A stretch of DNA of 64,000 nt from Dictyostelium discoideum. Lineage: Eukaryota. Positions 39,088 to 56,726 of the stretch are shown piece after piece. Numbering within the stretch: position 1 is the first letter of the stretch; each line of letters opens with the position of its first letter. Position numbers and translations under genes: made by a program. The notes below the pieces were generated by a model, which ran no database searches, had not been told where the DNA came from, and saw only the letters and a list, made by a program, of their open reading frames with translations. The stretch spans positions 4,320,001-4,384,000 of the forward strand of contig CM000151.3 in the NCBI GenBank assembly GCA_000004695.1, given 5' to 3'.

Positions 39088-41828
39088 TTATTTTTGATTA
39101 TTATTATTATTATTATTATTACCAAAAGTTGAACCAGTAAATGTTCTTTTTATAAAAGAATTATTACTTGTATTATTCATTAAATTTGAAAAGAAACCAG
39201 ATTTATTATTATTATTATTATTAGCGCCGCCATTATTTATAATTTCTTTATATTTTTGAATTTCAACTTTACTCTTTTCCAAGAGGACAGCGAAATGTTC
39301 AACTTGAGATTCAGCCAACCTTCTTGCTTCTCTCTCCATTAATAATTGACCATTTAAATCTTCATCATCATAGTATTGTTTACGATGTTGTAAACCTTCG
39401 TCCAATTCTTTTTTAGCAGCCTCAAGCATTGCATAGAAAGATTCGGGAGTCATTGAATCGAAAGAACGTTTTTCATTGTCTTCTAATAATTTTGAAACAG
39501 TTTTACCAACGACACCCATTCTTCTCTTTTCATCGAGGAGGAGATCTTGAGATTTTTTATATTTTGATTTCTCTTGCTCCAATTCTGCGACGATTTCCCA
39601 ACGATTTGAATGCCATTGTTGTCTTTCTTGTTGAATACGATCGTCGATTTCTTTGTTTTTAGATTTTAAATCATTTAATTCCTTCAAGAGTTGTTCATGA
39701 TCATGATCACTAACTTTATTTGCACCATCGGCAATATGTTGATTTAAGAGTTGATTTGATTTTGATAATTGTTGTTGAGATTCTTCCAATTCTTTAGCTA
39801 AATTATCATTGGTTGCCAACATTGATTCAAACTCCTTACCTAGATCTTTAACTTTTTTCTCCATATCCTTTGATTTATCGATTTCATTGGATAAACGTTG
39901 TGCTAAATTATTTGCTTCTTTTTGAATTAATTCCTTCTCACTAGAGATATTATCAATGATATGTTTTAAATCGCCAACTACTTTTTCAGTCACTTGTTCA
40001 CTATCTACTTGATCCTCTACATTTTTTCTATTGATTCTTTCTTTCTCCTCTTGGAAATTGAGAAGATCTTGTTCACGTTGTTTCACTTGTTGTTCAAGTT
40101 TATCTTTTTCATCTTGAATCTCTGATTGTAATTTGCTAATGGTTTCATTTAATTGTTGAATTTCTTTATCTTTATCTTGGATTGTATTATTTTTTTCAAG
40201 TAAAGTGAAATTTAAAGTTTGTACATCCTTTTGATAGGTTTCTTTTTGTGAGGCGATTAATTCATCTAAACCTTTAATTGATGATTGTGATACCATTTCC
40301 CTAATGGATTCATTTTCATGTTCCAAAGATTCTCTTTGAACTTCAACCTTTTGAAGTTGTCTTGTGATGCTGGTCAACTCTTCTTTGGTTTGTTCAAGTT
40401 GCTCTTCCAATTGTTGAATTTTTAATTCCTTCTCTTGAATTGATTGATCACGATTTGTGATTTCAATTGTTAATGATTGAATTTTTAAAGAGGTTTCTTT
40501 ATTCTCCTGTTGTAATGTGCTAATCTCTTGTTCTCTTTGTTGAATATCATTCTTGTCTTGTTCCAAATGTTGTTGAAGTTGTTGAATTTGTAATGTTAAC
40601 TCTTCCATCTCTTTAATATGTGATTTACGTACACATTCAATCTCCAAATTTAAATTACTTCTCAATTGTGATAACTCATCCACTTCCATAACTTTATTAT
40701 CCAACTCGATGGTTAATGTTTTAATATTTGCTTCAAGAATCTCTTTATCTTGTTCAAATTTATTAAGTTCATTTTGGAGAGTTTGTTTCTCTTGTTCCAA
40801 TTGTTCAATGGTCTCTTGATGTTGATTAATCTTTGATTCATTATCTTTATTTTGTTGTTGTGATTGAGTTAGCTCTAGAGTTAACTCTTGATTCTCTTTG
40901 GTTAATTCTTGATTTTTAATCTCTTCTTTCTCTTTAATTTCTGTTATCTCTTGATTTTTCTCTTTTAATTCATTTAATGCAATTTGTAATTCATCTTTAA
41001 TCTTTACTTCCTCCTCTAATGATTTAATGATTTCTTTATTTTTTTCAATTAATTGATTATAAGTATCTTGTAAATTTTCAAATTTTTGTTTCTCACTATT
41101 GATTTCAATTTTTAATCTTTCAATCTCTTGTAAATTTAATTCCAATTGTGATTTTAATTCTTCAATATCTTTGGATTTTTCTTGATTTTCTTGTTGTGAT
41201 TTACTTAATTGATCTTGTGTAGATTCTAATCTCTCTTGTAATTGATTTATACTATCTTTATGTTCATTAATCTCTTTATCCAACTTTTCAAGCTTTTCTT
41301 TATTTATTTTTATCTCTTGCTCTAATTTATCCTCTGTCTCTTTTAATATTCCTTTAACTTGTAAATGACTTTGTGATTCAATCAACAATGTATCCTTTAC
41401 TGATGTTAACTCTAATAATAATTTATTTTCTGATTGTTTTAATAATTCTTTTAATTCAATTTGCATTGTTACATTATTTTGTTCTTTTTCAACTTCCTTT
41501 AAAAAATTTAAAAAAATAATAAAAAATTTTAAATTATTAAAAACAATTCCAACAAAAATTAATAATAATAATAATAATTTAACTAACCTCTTTTAATTTT
41601 TTAATTGATTCATGTTGATCATATATAGTTTGATTTAATGTTTTAATTTCAGGATTTTTATTATTTACAATTTTTTTTAATAAATGGGCTTCCTTTTGTA
41701 AAAAATAAAGTAAACTTGATTCTTCAATTAAACGATTTTGAAATTTTTTAGTTTCTTTTAAAAGTTTGGAATTTTCGTCTTTTAAATCTGTAATTTGTGC
41801 CTAAAAATTAAAAAAAATAAAAAATTAA

Positions 41829-41859
<31 letters not shown>

Positions 41860-42010
41860 TTCCTTTTATATTTATAAATCTTACTTTAACTCTTTTAGAT
41901 TTCTCTTTTGTTTGAAGTGAAATTGGCATATATTGATCAAATGTGCCTTTAACTTGTTCTTTTAACACTTGAGCATCATTTTTTTTTTCTGATGGATATG
42001 GTGATGACAT
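39088..42010 (-). CDS. Large coiled-coil protein of about 916 aa with an E/K/Q/L-rich heptad pattern throughout and a poly-N C-terminus. Three exons.
   Basis: Exons on the minus strand (approximate): 42010..41885 (MSSPYPSEKKNDAQVLKEQVKGTFDQYMPISLQTKEKSKRVK, donor gtaaga); 41800..41588 (AQITDLKDENSKLLKETKKFQNRLIEESSLLYFLQKEAHLLKKIVNNKNPEIKTLNQTIYDQHESIKKLKE, donor gttagt); 41496..39088 (EVEKEQNNVT-MQIELKELLKQSENK..., which is the track ORF 39088..41466 extended by 10 codons upstream to the acceptor). All junctions are in phase 0. No motor or other globular domain recognised. Confidence 0.7.
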
Positions 42011-43007
42011 TATTATTTTGTGTGTGTGTGTGTCTCTATTTATAAATTTTATCGATTACTTTACAAAAAAATAAAAAAAAAAAATAAAAAAAATTATTAT
42101 AAAAACTAATGTGAGATATTTTTAAAAAAATAAAAAAATATTTTTATTTTTTATTTTTTTTTTATTGGATATGAGGATTTATTTATAAAACACTGGTGAG
42201 ATTATTACAAAAATAAAAATAATGTTGATTTGTTGATAGTTTGTTATATGAAAAATGATAAAAAAAAAAAAAAATTAAAAAAAAAATTAAAAAATTAAAA
42301 ATTAAAAAAAAAAAAAAAAACTCTGGGTAAAGTTATATTTATATTACCACAAAGTAAAAAAATTTGAATTTTTAAAAAAAAAAGAAAATTATTTAATACG
42401 TGGTGTGAGTAAATATATATAAATAAAATAAATAAAAATAAATAAAATCAACTACAACTATTTAAATAAAAGATTATTATTATTAAATACAACAAAATAA
42501 TGAATATTTATGAAATATAATGAAATACAACAAATTATAAAAAAAAAAAAAAAAAAAACTTTTCCGACCAAGTCTTATTGAAAAATTTTATTTGAAAAAA
42601 AAAAAAAAAAAAAAAAAAAATCAAAAAAATTAAAAATATAACGGTATTGTTTTTCATTGGCTAACTGATCAAAATTGACGTCTGTTTTTATAAAAAAAAG
42701 GAAAAAAAAAAAAAAAAAGAATTTAAAATAAAATTAAATTAAAAAAATAAAACAAAAAAAAAAAAATCACCACATGACATTTTACAAAACTTTTATTAGG
42801 TGATATCATTGTACGTATACATTATATTATCAATTATTACAACAACCATTAAAAAAAATAAAAAAATAATAAAAAAATAAAAAAAAAATAAAAAAAAATA
42901 AAAATAAAATGAAATAAAATGAAATAAAATTAAATTAAAAAATTGTGATTAAATAAAATAATAATATGGTTATATTTATTTACTTAATGAGATAATTATT
43001 ATTATTA

Positions 43008-43961
43008 TTACAATATTGAAATTATTATAAAAATAATAATTGAAACAGTTGGTACATATAAGGAAGAAGAAGAAGAGGATGATGGAGAACCTAAATCATC
43101 CATTTCTTTAGTTTCATTTGGACTTGAAATTTCAACAATATTTGAAGTTTGTAATTCACCATTAACATGGAATTGATTATTTGGTATATTTATAGAACAA
43201 CGAGCATACAAAGAGAAACATTGAATATGATTTCCAAAACAAGTGATTGAATTTTCATTTGAAACTTTATTTTGTACGGTACATACAGCATTTGTATCAC
43301 TTTGACAAGTTGAACCACCAATATTATCAACACAATATGTTGGACCATACCCATTACATTTAATAAATGATGATGAACCATTAATCGTCAAACCCCTTTC
43401 ACTGTATTCACAAATAGTTGGTTGAGAGTAGTCTGATGAGGAGGAAGAAGAAGACGATGGATAACTTGTTGTTGAGGAGGAGAATGTAGTTGATGGATAA
43501 CCAGTTGTCGAAGAGGAATATGTAGTTGATGGATAACTAGTTGTCGAAGAGGAATATGCAGTCGATGCATAACTGGTTGTGGTTGTTGTTGTTGAAGAGG
43601 AGAATATAGTCGATGGATTTGTAGTAGTTGTGGCAGAGCTAGCACCACTATCATAATAATAAAAAGCACCATGGAGAGTATAATATATTAAACCATCAAC
43701 TAAAATAAAGACACTATGAAAACCATTTCCTGGTTGTGCATAACATACATATTCATAATCAGTTTGATTGATGAATGTACATTCAGAATTTCCAATACTT
43801 ATAGTCATACTTCTATTTGTTAAAAAGCAACCAAAGAAAACAGCTTCACCACCATTAGAACTTACAGGTATTATTGACGAAATATAAAGTCCATTTGAAT
43901 CAAAACAGCTTTGGGCTAAACATGATGAAAAAAATAAAATTAATATCAACAAAATCGATTT

Positions 43962-43964
<3 letters not shown>
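43008..43964 (-). CDS. Secreted mucin-like cell-surface protein: signal peptide, N-terminal Cys-containing domain, five tandem S/T-rich repeats of 13 aa (SSSTTSYPSTTYS-like), C-terminal Cys-rich domain and a hydrophobic C-terminus (possible GPI signal).
   Basis: Track 318-aa ORF. Begins MKSILLILILFFSSCLAQSCFDS.... The repeat region is ASTAYSSSTTSYPSTTYSSSTTGYPSTTFSSSTTSYPSSSSSSSSDYSQ, encoded by an imperfect DNA repeat of about 39 bp. The C-terminal domain has 12 or more Cys (CEYSERG...CVDNIGGSTCQSDTNAVCTVQNK...CFGNHIQCFSLYARCS). It ends VPTVSIIIFIIISIL. Confidence 0.7.
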
Positions 43965-43999
<35 letters not shown>

Positions 44000-44070
44000 T
44001 AAATCTTAAAGATAATTAAAAAAATAATATGATAATAAAAATAATAAATAATATTAATTATAAATTAATA

Positions 44071-44106
<36 letters not shown>

Positions 44107-44365
44107 TTTTTATATTCAGATTTTAAATTCTTGTTCCAAGAAATAAATCAAATTTTTTTTTTCTTTTTGGCTTTACAATTCTTTTAAAATAAAAAAGTTT
44201 GACAAAAAATAAAAATAAAAAGAAATCAATTAAATTTTAGAAAAATACAGAGACTATTTATTTATTTATTTATTTTATTATTACTATTATTATGTTATTT
44301 GATATTATTATTATTATTATTTTTTGACAATTTGATATTAAAAATTTTTTTTTTTAAAAAAAGGT

Positions 44366-46912
44366 TTAATCAACAGGTTCTTTTAAATTATTTAATAAAG
44401 TATTTAAAGTATTTACAAGTTTTAAAATTTTAGCATAGTCTTTCTTTGCTTCTTTAATTTCATTGACCCAAGCGTCACATTGTTTTTTGATAGTATCTTT
44501 TTGATAGAAAAAGTGAGCAAGAATGACATCTTTAAATGGTGGTGGTGGATTTTGAATCATTTCGATCATAGCATATTGAATAGTGGAAGGAATGAGATTA
44601 TGATTATAGGATGAGGAAGAAGCAATACCAGACTTTGTACCTATTTGACTTTCGAAACCAGGTTCATTAAAGAAAGGTTCAGGTACTAAAATCAAGGATT
44701 GAATTGAAATGAAAACCTGTAGGAGTGTTGAAGTATTTGGATTCCAAGTTTCACCGGAACTACCAGCCCAAGTACCAAGAAGTGATAGACAAACCTTACC
44801 ATTGTTATAGAGATTTGGATTGAATCTAACTGAACCACCACCAGTTGTTAAAATGGTGACATGGGGTGGACTAGATGGATACTCTTGTGGAAAAGTACAA
44901 TTGAATAAGAAACAACCACCACTATAGGGTGTATCTTTTGGACCCGTGATAAGACATTGCATTGCATCGATATTCTTTTCATCGACTCTAACAAAGATTG
45001 AAGACTCATAAGAGAGTGGTAATGATTTCATCATTGAACCTTGTTCTTGAGCGATACGAATGGTTCTAGATTGAGTACTAGTTTTATTTGATTTTACAGT
45101 TTTCAAATCTGAAGTATCAAATAATAATGGTTTCATAGCTTGACAATATTTCTTTTCAATACTTTCAGTTGAATCAACACTACCAGATAATTGTATTGAT
45201 GGTCTATTTGCTTCTAATTGAGCAACCTCATCTTTAAATTGTTTCAATTTTTCATTCATTTTCTTTGATATTGTAATTATAAATCTTTGTAATTCTAAAT
45301 TTGATTGATTATTTGCATTGGTTGTTGTTGTTGTTGTTGGGTTTATAATTGTAATTGGTATAATACTCGAAGAAGAAGAGGAAGAAGAAGAAGATGATGA
45401 TGATATTGATGTAATGGAATTAATAATATTACTAAAACTTGAAGTTACAGATGAAGTTGGAGTTGAGGCAGCTGGTAATGTTGGACTTTGATCGACTCTT
45501 TTTAAAAATAATTCAACCTGTTTTGAACATTCATTTATATGATCACCCAAAGATGTAGTTTGAAATTGTAATAATGAAAACAAGGAAATATATTGATCCC
45601 TATCCAATAATGTAGAGATCAATTTAAAGAGTGCACTAAATAATTGAGAATGACGTTCCAAATCCATTAATGATAATTCTCTACAGTAAGTTTCAATGAA
45701 TGGCAAAAGACATGACTCTTCTAAAACGTCAAATGGTGGACTTGAATTTCTAATCTCTGAATCGATTGCATTTACCAATGAAATGATCTCAGAGTCTCTT
45801 TCTTTTTGTGCTGCTAAAAATGCATCAACATTCCAACCACTCTTTGCTTGACCTCTACCATAACCAGTACCTTTTGCCCATGGTGATTTATCCTCACCAT
45901 TTGTAGAAAGGGTAGTGGTGGTAGTGGTGGTAGTTGTAGTAGTAGTTGGTGGTGATGATGGTGATGATGGTTTATTACTTGTTGATAATTTTGGTAATGA
46001 AATATCATGCCCATATTTAAGATTGGCTCTTGGTGAATTTCCACTTAAAATCTCCAATTTAAGTAAAAAGTGTTTTAATGAGGAATATGATCCAGTACTT
46101 GATAATGCATTCATTGGATTATTTACATCGAATGAACCATGTTTTTCAATAACATCTTTCAAATGATTTAAAAGGTATCTCATATCCCAAACTTTAATTA
46201 TTATTATTATAATAAAAAAAAAAAAAAAAAAAAAAATTATTAATTAGTAATTTTATAATAAATTTTAAAAAATAAAATATATAGTATACATGCCTGGATT
46301 CCAATTATCTAATTTTAAAATATCTAAATGAGTGATTCTACCCAATAAAAAACCTTGAAGTCTTGGTCTAATAATTTTTATAGTTGGAGGATAGAATGGA
46401 TATAAATCTTCTGTAAATAAAACTTGAAGTTCAACATAGTCCTAGATATATATATATATATATAAATATATAAAAGAGATAATAATGATTAGTTTTAATA
46501 ATAATTAATCAATATTTAAATATATTTCGAATTTCTCTTACATATTCAAATTCTTTTTTAATTTGTTGAAGTTGACCATAAACTTTTGAATCTTGATCAA
46601 ATCCAAAGATTTTAACAGACCAAAAATAAATATTATCATCAATTGGTTGTGCTGAGAAACCCTTTAAAAATTTAAATTTAAATAATTAATATTATTACTA
46701 TTATTATTATAATAGTTGTTTTATAAATGATACATACTAATGAGTGAACATTTTGCATAATACTAAATAAATCATTTGTTAAAACACCAAAAGCAGCATC
46801 ACTACTGAAGATTGATTTAACTTTTGAATTTTTCTTTTCGCCTAATTTTGCTCTAATCTCTTGATCTTTCTTTGCCCATATCTTTTTCATTTTTAATGTT
46901 TGCAATCTGATA

Positions 46913-46943
<31 letters not shown>

Positions 46944-46989
46944 TTATATAAATTGTAAGCTTTAAAAACTAAATACATATATACATAAA

Positions 46990-47029
<40 letters not shown>

Positions 47030-47779
47030 TATGATTGATAATTTTTAAAAACTTACGCTTCTTGAAATTCATCATTTTCGAAATTATCATCATCCATATC
47101 AAAATCATCATCATTTTCTTCCTCCTCATCGTCGTCATCGTCATCATCATCATCATCATCATCTTCTTCACCCTTGCCATCTTCATCTTCATTAATATTA
47201 TTGCTATCATCATCTCCATCTTCCTCTGTAGCTTCATCACTGTTATCCTCTTCATTTGAGTGTTTTGCTTTTTTAGTTGGTTCTTTAATTGATTGATTTT
47301 TCTAATTTAAATATTTATATATATTGGGTGAGAAAAAAAAAAGAAAATAAAAAAAAAAAAAAGAAAATAAAATTGTAATGTATATATATATATATATTTA
47401 CTCTATCATGTTGGGTAACTGCCAAATTTAACACATCAGAGAATGTTACAATTGATGAATCATTTTGAATTCCTTTATTAATATTTGCAATCCATTGGTC
47501 ATTTGATCTATTTGAAAAGTGCTTTATATTATTTCATTTAAAAGTTTTTTTTTTTTTTAAAAAAAAAAATATTAATAAAAATATATATGATTTATTTAAT
47601 ATATAAAAACTTACAAATTGTTTAATGTCACTAACATCTAAAGGAAATGAAATAGAAATTTCATCACCTCTAAATAGGAGGTCTACTTTATTCTTTGATG
47701 ATTGAATCCAAATGAAATCATCAGGTTCGCTCAATGAACTTTGCCATTTTTCAAATATCCTCTCTAAATTACCTGCCAT
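44366..47779 (-). CDS. Atypical ubiquitin-conjugating enzyme of about 930 aa. It has an N-terminal region with an Asp/Glu tract, an inactive UBC-fold (UEV-like) domain split over four exons, a long S/T-rich linker, and a C-terminal catalytically competent UBC domain of the UBE2Z/UBE2O type.
   Basis: Exons on the minus strand (approximate): 47779..47615 (MAGNLERIFEKWQSS...DVSDIKQF, gtaagt); 47521..47402 (HFSNRSNDQWIANINKGIQ...VTQHDR, gtaaat); 47301..47057 (KNQSIKEPTKKAKHSNEED...EEDDDDDDDDDDDDEEEEN...EFQEA, gtaagt); 46906..46738 (LQTLKMKKIWAKKDQEIRAKLGEKK...FSIMQNVHSL, gtatgt; this matches track ORF 46678..46905); 46661..46542 (GFSAQPIDDNIYFWSVKIFGFDQDSKVYGQLQQIKKEFEY, gtaaga); 46441..46290 (DYVELQVLFTEDLYPFYPPTIKIIRPRLQGFLLGRITHLDILKLDNWNPG, unusual donor gtatac); 46192..44366 (IWDMRYLLNHLKDVIEKHGSFDVNNPMNALSS..., the track ORF extended 3 codons upstream). 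The UEV domain has the full UBC architecture (...W...I.G...S.Y.GG.F.......YPF.PP.......HPN-like...G.I.LDIL...W.P....vl.si..LL..PN...P.N), but the catalytic Cys position reads GRITHLDIL. The C-terminal UBC domain is FNCTFPQEYPSSPPHVTILTTGGGSVRFNPNLYNNGKVCLSLLGTWAGSSGETWNPNTSTLLQVFISIQSLILVPEPFFNEPGFE, with catalytic Cys in the GKVCLSLLGTW context. The exon 6/7 junction is supported by continuity of the UBC fold (WNPGIWDMRYLLNHLKDVIEKHGSFDVNNPMNA resembles W.P..tI..vL.SI.sLL..PNPddP.n). Confidence 0.6.
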
Positions 47780-48651
47780 CTTTTACATATAAATAAATAT
47801 ATAAATAAAATATATTGGAAAAAAAAAAAAAAAAAAAAAAAAACAATAAAAAAAAAAAAAAAAAAAAAAAAGTAAAAAATGATCTTTTTTGAATTAAATT
47901 TTATTTTAATTTATTTTTTTATTATTATTTTTTTTATTATTATTTTTTTTTTTTTTTTTGAAAAAAAATGGAATTTTTTTTTTTTTTTTTTTTTTCAATA
48001 AAATTCTAAAAATAATTCTAAAAAATAAACCCTAACTGATTATGATGATAATTGACAAGTTTTGAGATTTGGAATTTATACCTGCAATATATTTGAAAAA
48101 TTTTCCAGGTTTATAAATAGATTATCTATTTTTTATTTTTATTTTTTTTTTTAAATTTATTTTATCATTTTTTTTTATTTTTTTTTCCTAAAAAAATGGG
48201 AATGTTCAATTATTTAATTTATTTTGAATGAGTAAATATTTATTTAAAAAGTGAACACAAACAGATCATTATAATGATGAAAATTAATTTTATGTTTTGA
48301 AAAATGATATAATATGTTGTTGAATAGTGATTGGTAATAATTAAAAACTGGATTTCATTTTAATAAAAAAAAAATAATAATAAAAATACAATTATCCAAT
48401 ATTAGTCAATCGGGTTTATTATTCTGGAATAAATAAAAAAATTACAAACAAAAAAAAATAAAAAAGAAAAGAGTTTTTTAAAAAAAAAATTTTTTTATTA
48501 CATTTTTAGAAATTTGTTAAAACGAGAGAGACGATTATGATAAAATAATAACTATGATAGTTTCTATTATTATTGTTATTGTAACTACTATTTTCATTAT
48601 TATTATTTTTATTATTATATTTATTATTATTATTGTTATTATTATTGGTTT

Positions 48652-53547
<4,896 letters not shown>

Positions 53548-54551
53548 TTTTTTTGATGCTATATATTATATTTTTTTTTATTTTTGTTTTTTTTTTTGGT
53601 TTTTTTGGTTTTTTTTTTTTTTTTTTTTTTAATATTTAAAATTTTTTTTTTTTTTTTTATTACTATTATTTTTTTATTTTTATTTAAAATTAATTAATAA
53701 ATGATTTTAAAAAAAAGTTGAGAAAAAAAAAAAAAAAAAAAAAAAAAAAGATTATTTTTGTTGGTGTATATTACATAAAATAAAAAAAAAAAAAAAAAGA
53801 AAAAGAAAAAAAATTTTAATTTATAAAAAAAAAAATTTAATTAAAATAAAAAATTTTTAAAATAAAAAAATTAAAAAATTAAAAAAAAAATTAAAAAAAA
53901 AAGTTTTAATCAATAATTGGGTGATTGACACAATTAGACTTTTAAAAAATAAATTATTAAAATTAAAAAATAAAAATTGATATATATACAATTAATATAT
54001 TATGTAATGTTTACTATTAAATAATCCTAATTGTTGAAATGTTATATGCTAATGTTATTATTATATAAATATAAATATATATATATATTTTAGTATGGTA
54101 TGGTGTGTCTATGTGTATGTGTATATATATATAATGCTATTTAATATTTAATATAAAAATGAAAATAATATAGAGAATAAATAAAAATTTTATAATTTAA
54201 AAAATAAAAAAATAAAAAAATATATTAAAAATAAAAAAAATAAAAAAAAAATAAAAATAAAAAAAAATAAAAAAAAAAAAAAAAAAAAAAAAATAAAAAA
54301 AATAATAGATAGAAATGTGTGTTGAGTGTGAGAGAGTGTGTGTATTATTTAATATGTGTGTTTTATTATCAACCTTTTTTTTTTTTTTTTTTTTTGTTTT
54401 TTTATTTTTTTATTTTTTTTTTATTTTATTTTTCTTTTTTTAATTAAAATAATTTTGTAAAATTTTTTTTGAATCATATGAAAAACAATATTTGGTGATT
54501 CTAAAAATAAAAATGAAACTGCTTTTTTTTTTTTTTTTTTTTTTTTTTTTC

Positions 54552-54588
<37 letters not shown>

Positions 54589-54746
54589 GGCTGTTTCCTA
54601 CATGTAAAAACTCATGACCAATCTAAATTGAATTTAAAAAAAGAAAGCACACCCAACACACAGCTATATACATTAGCACATAACGTCCAAATTTGATTCT
54701 GTTTTTTGTGAGGAGAGTGAATGTTGATTGAATATTAATTTATTAA

Positions 54747-54789
<43 letters not shown>

Positions 54790-54998
54790 GGTATTATTAT
54801 TTTATTTTTTATTTTTTTTTTTTCAATATAATATAATAAAATTATTCTCTTGTTGCCGAAATAGGAACTTTTTGATGTTATAAATAAAAAAAAAAAAAAA
54901 ATTATTAAAATAAAAATAGGTTAAAATTATGTTTTTCTTAAAAATATTAAAAAAAAAAAACAATTCTTTGATTAAGTTTTATGGTGTGTGTAAGGTGT

Positions 54999-55034
<36 letters not shown>

Positions 55035-55455
55035 TTTTTTATTTTTTTTTTTTTTTTTTGAATGTTTGAGTTATATATATATTTGTGCATGGGTGTGTGT
55101 ATGTGTGTGTGTGTGCTTTCTTTTCTTTTTTTGTATATTTCTACATTCTAATAATTGTTGAAAAAAATTGTTCTTAAAATATAAATGTGACTATGTCCAA
55201 ATATATCTAAATTAAAAATGATGATGTTGATGTTGATATTGATATTGATGTTGAATTTATTGGTATTATTACTATATTATTATAATTTGTAAGTTTAAAA
55301 AATTATTTTTTTTATTTGAAAAATATTTCATGAATTTCCATTTTTAAATCTGTATTGTGTGAAGTTAAACTTTGTTTGAAAGTCACTTATATATGATGTC
55401 GTTGAAATAATGAAAATTCGAAAAAAAAAAAAAAAAAAACCAAAAATTAAAAAAC

Positions 55456-55492
<37 letters not shown>

Positions 55493-55782
55493 AAAAAAAA
55501 AAAAAAAAATCAAAAAAAAATCAAAAAATGCTTTTTTTTCATTTCGTTTATTCAAATCTTTTGTAAACACCATATATAATTATTCAGAAATAACGAAACA
55601 GAAAATGATATTAAATAATCTCAAAAAAACATTCCCAAGATCAAAAACATATTATATTACTTCATTATCTCTACTTGTTGGTTCAATTTTTTTAATGGAT
55701 AAATTCCTCTCAGGATCATATTGTATGTAAACTAATAAAATTCAATTTATTTTTAAATATTCCCAAAAAAAGTTTTATTTTG

Positions 55783-55844
<62 letters not shown>

Positions 55845-56726
55845 ATAATAATAATAATTATGTAATAAATAAAATAAAAAATTCAAAGAACTTTAATTTG
55901 GTGTTGTGGTTTAATAAACTATACTCGTGGAAAAAAACTTTTTTTTTTTTTTTCTAGACAAAACTACTCATTATATTTTTAGAATAAAAAAATATATATA
56001 TATAATTAATACTGTTCAAAGATTATTAAAAAATTTAATTGGAACTATACACTAAAAATAGTATCAAATTCTAAATAAAAAAAAAAACAAAACAAAACAA
56101 AGTTTTTAAAACACTAAAAAAAATATTGGAAAAAAAAAAAAAAATAAAAAAAAAAAAAAACCCCCTCCGCCAAACCTCAAATTTAATCACACCTTCTTGT
56201 GTATTTTGTTTTATTTTTATTTTGAGGTTTGGTAAAGTTAATAAATTTTTTTTTTTTATTTTTTTATTTTTTTAAAAAGTGCAATCGCAAATCAACCAAC
56301 TAATTTCCCTATTTATTATTATTATTATTTAATAAAAAAATTAAATCTTTTTTTTTTTTCTTTTTTAACAAAATATTAAATTTAGATGATTACCTTCAAT
56401 ATCACAAAAATAAAAAAATTGAAAAAAATAATGCAATTGAAGATTTGGCAAGAGATAGAATAAGAAAGAGAAAGGAAGAAGAGGAAAAATTAAGAAAAGA
56501 ACAAGAACAACAACAAAATAAAAAATAAAAACAATAATAGATTTAATAAAGGAAATATAATAATAATAGTATTAATAATATTAATAATAATAATTTTCGA
56601 TTTGTATATAAATAAATAAAATAAAATAAAGTTTAAGAAAGACTATTTTTTTTAATTTTTTTTAATTTTTTTTAATTTTTTTTAATTTTTTTTTTTTTTT
56701 TTTTTTTATTCATTATTTAAATTAGT

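Noticed and set aside
55410-55730. K-rich 106-aa ORF in the gene-free block.
   Set aside because: The first 45 codons are AAA/AAG from homopolymer A. It has no domain and no splice context.
56380-56530. Possible small plus-strand exon (..LDDYLQYHKNKKIEKNNAIEDLARDRIRKRKEEEEKLRKEQEQQQNKK*).
   Set aside because: It is isolated, with no upstream exon, start codon or conserved motif found. It is more likely a chance open frame in K/E-rich AT DNA.
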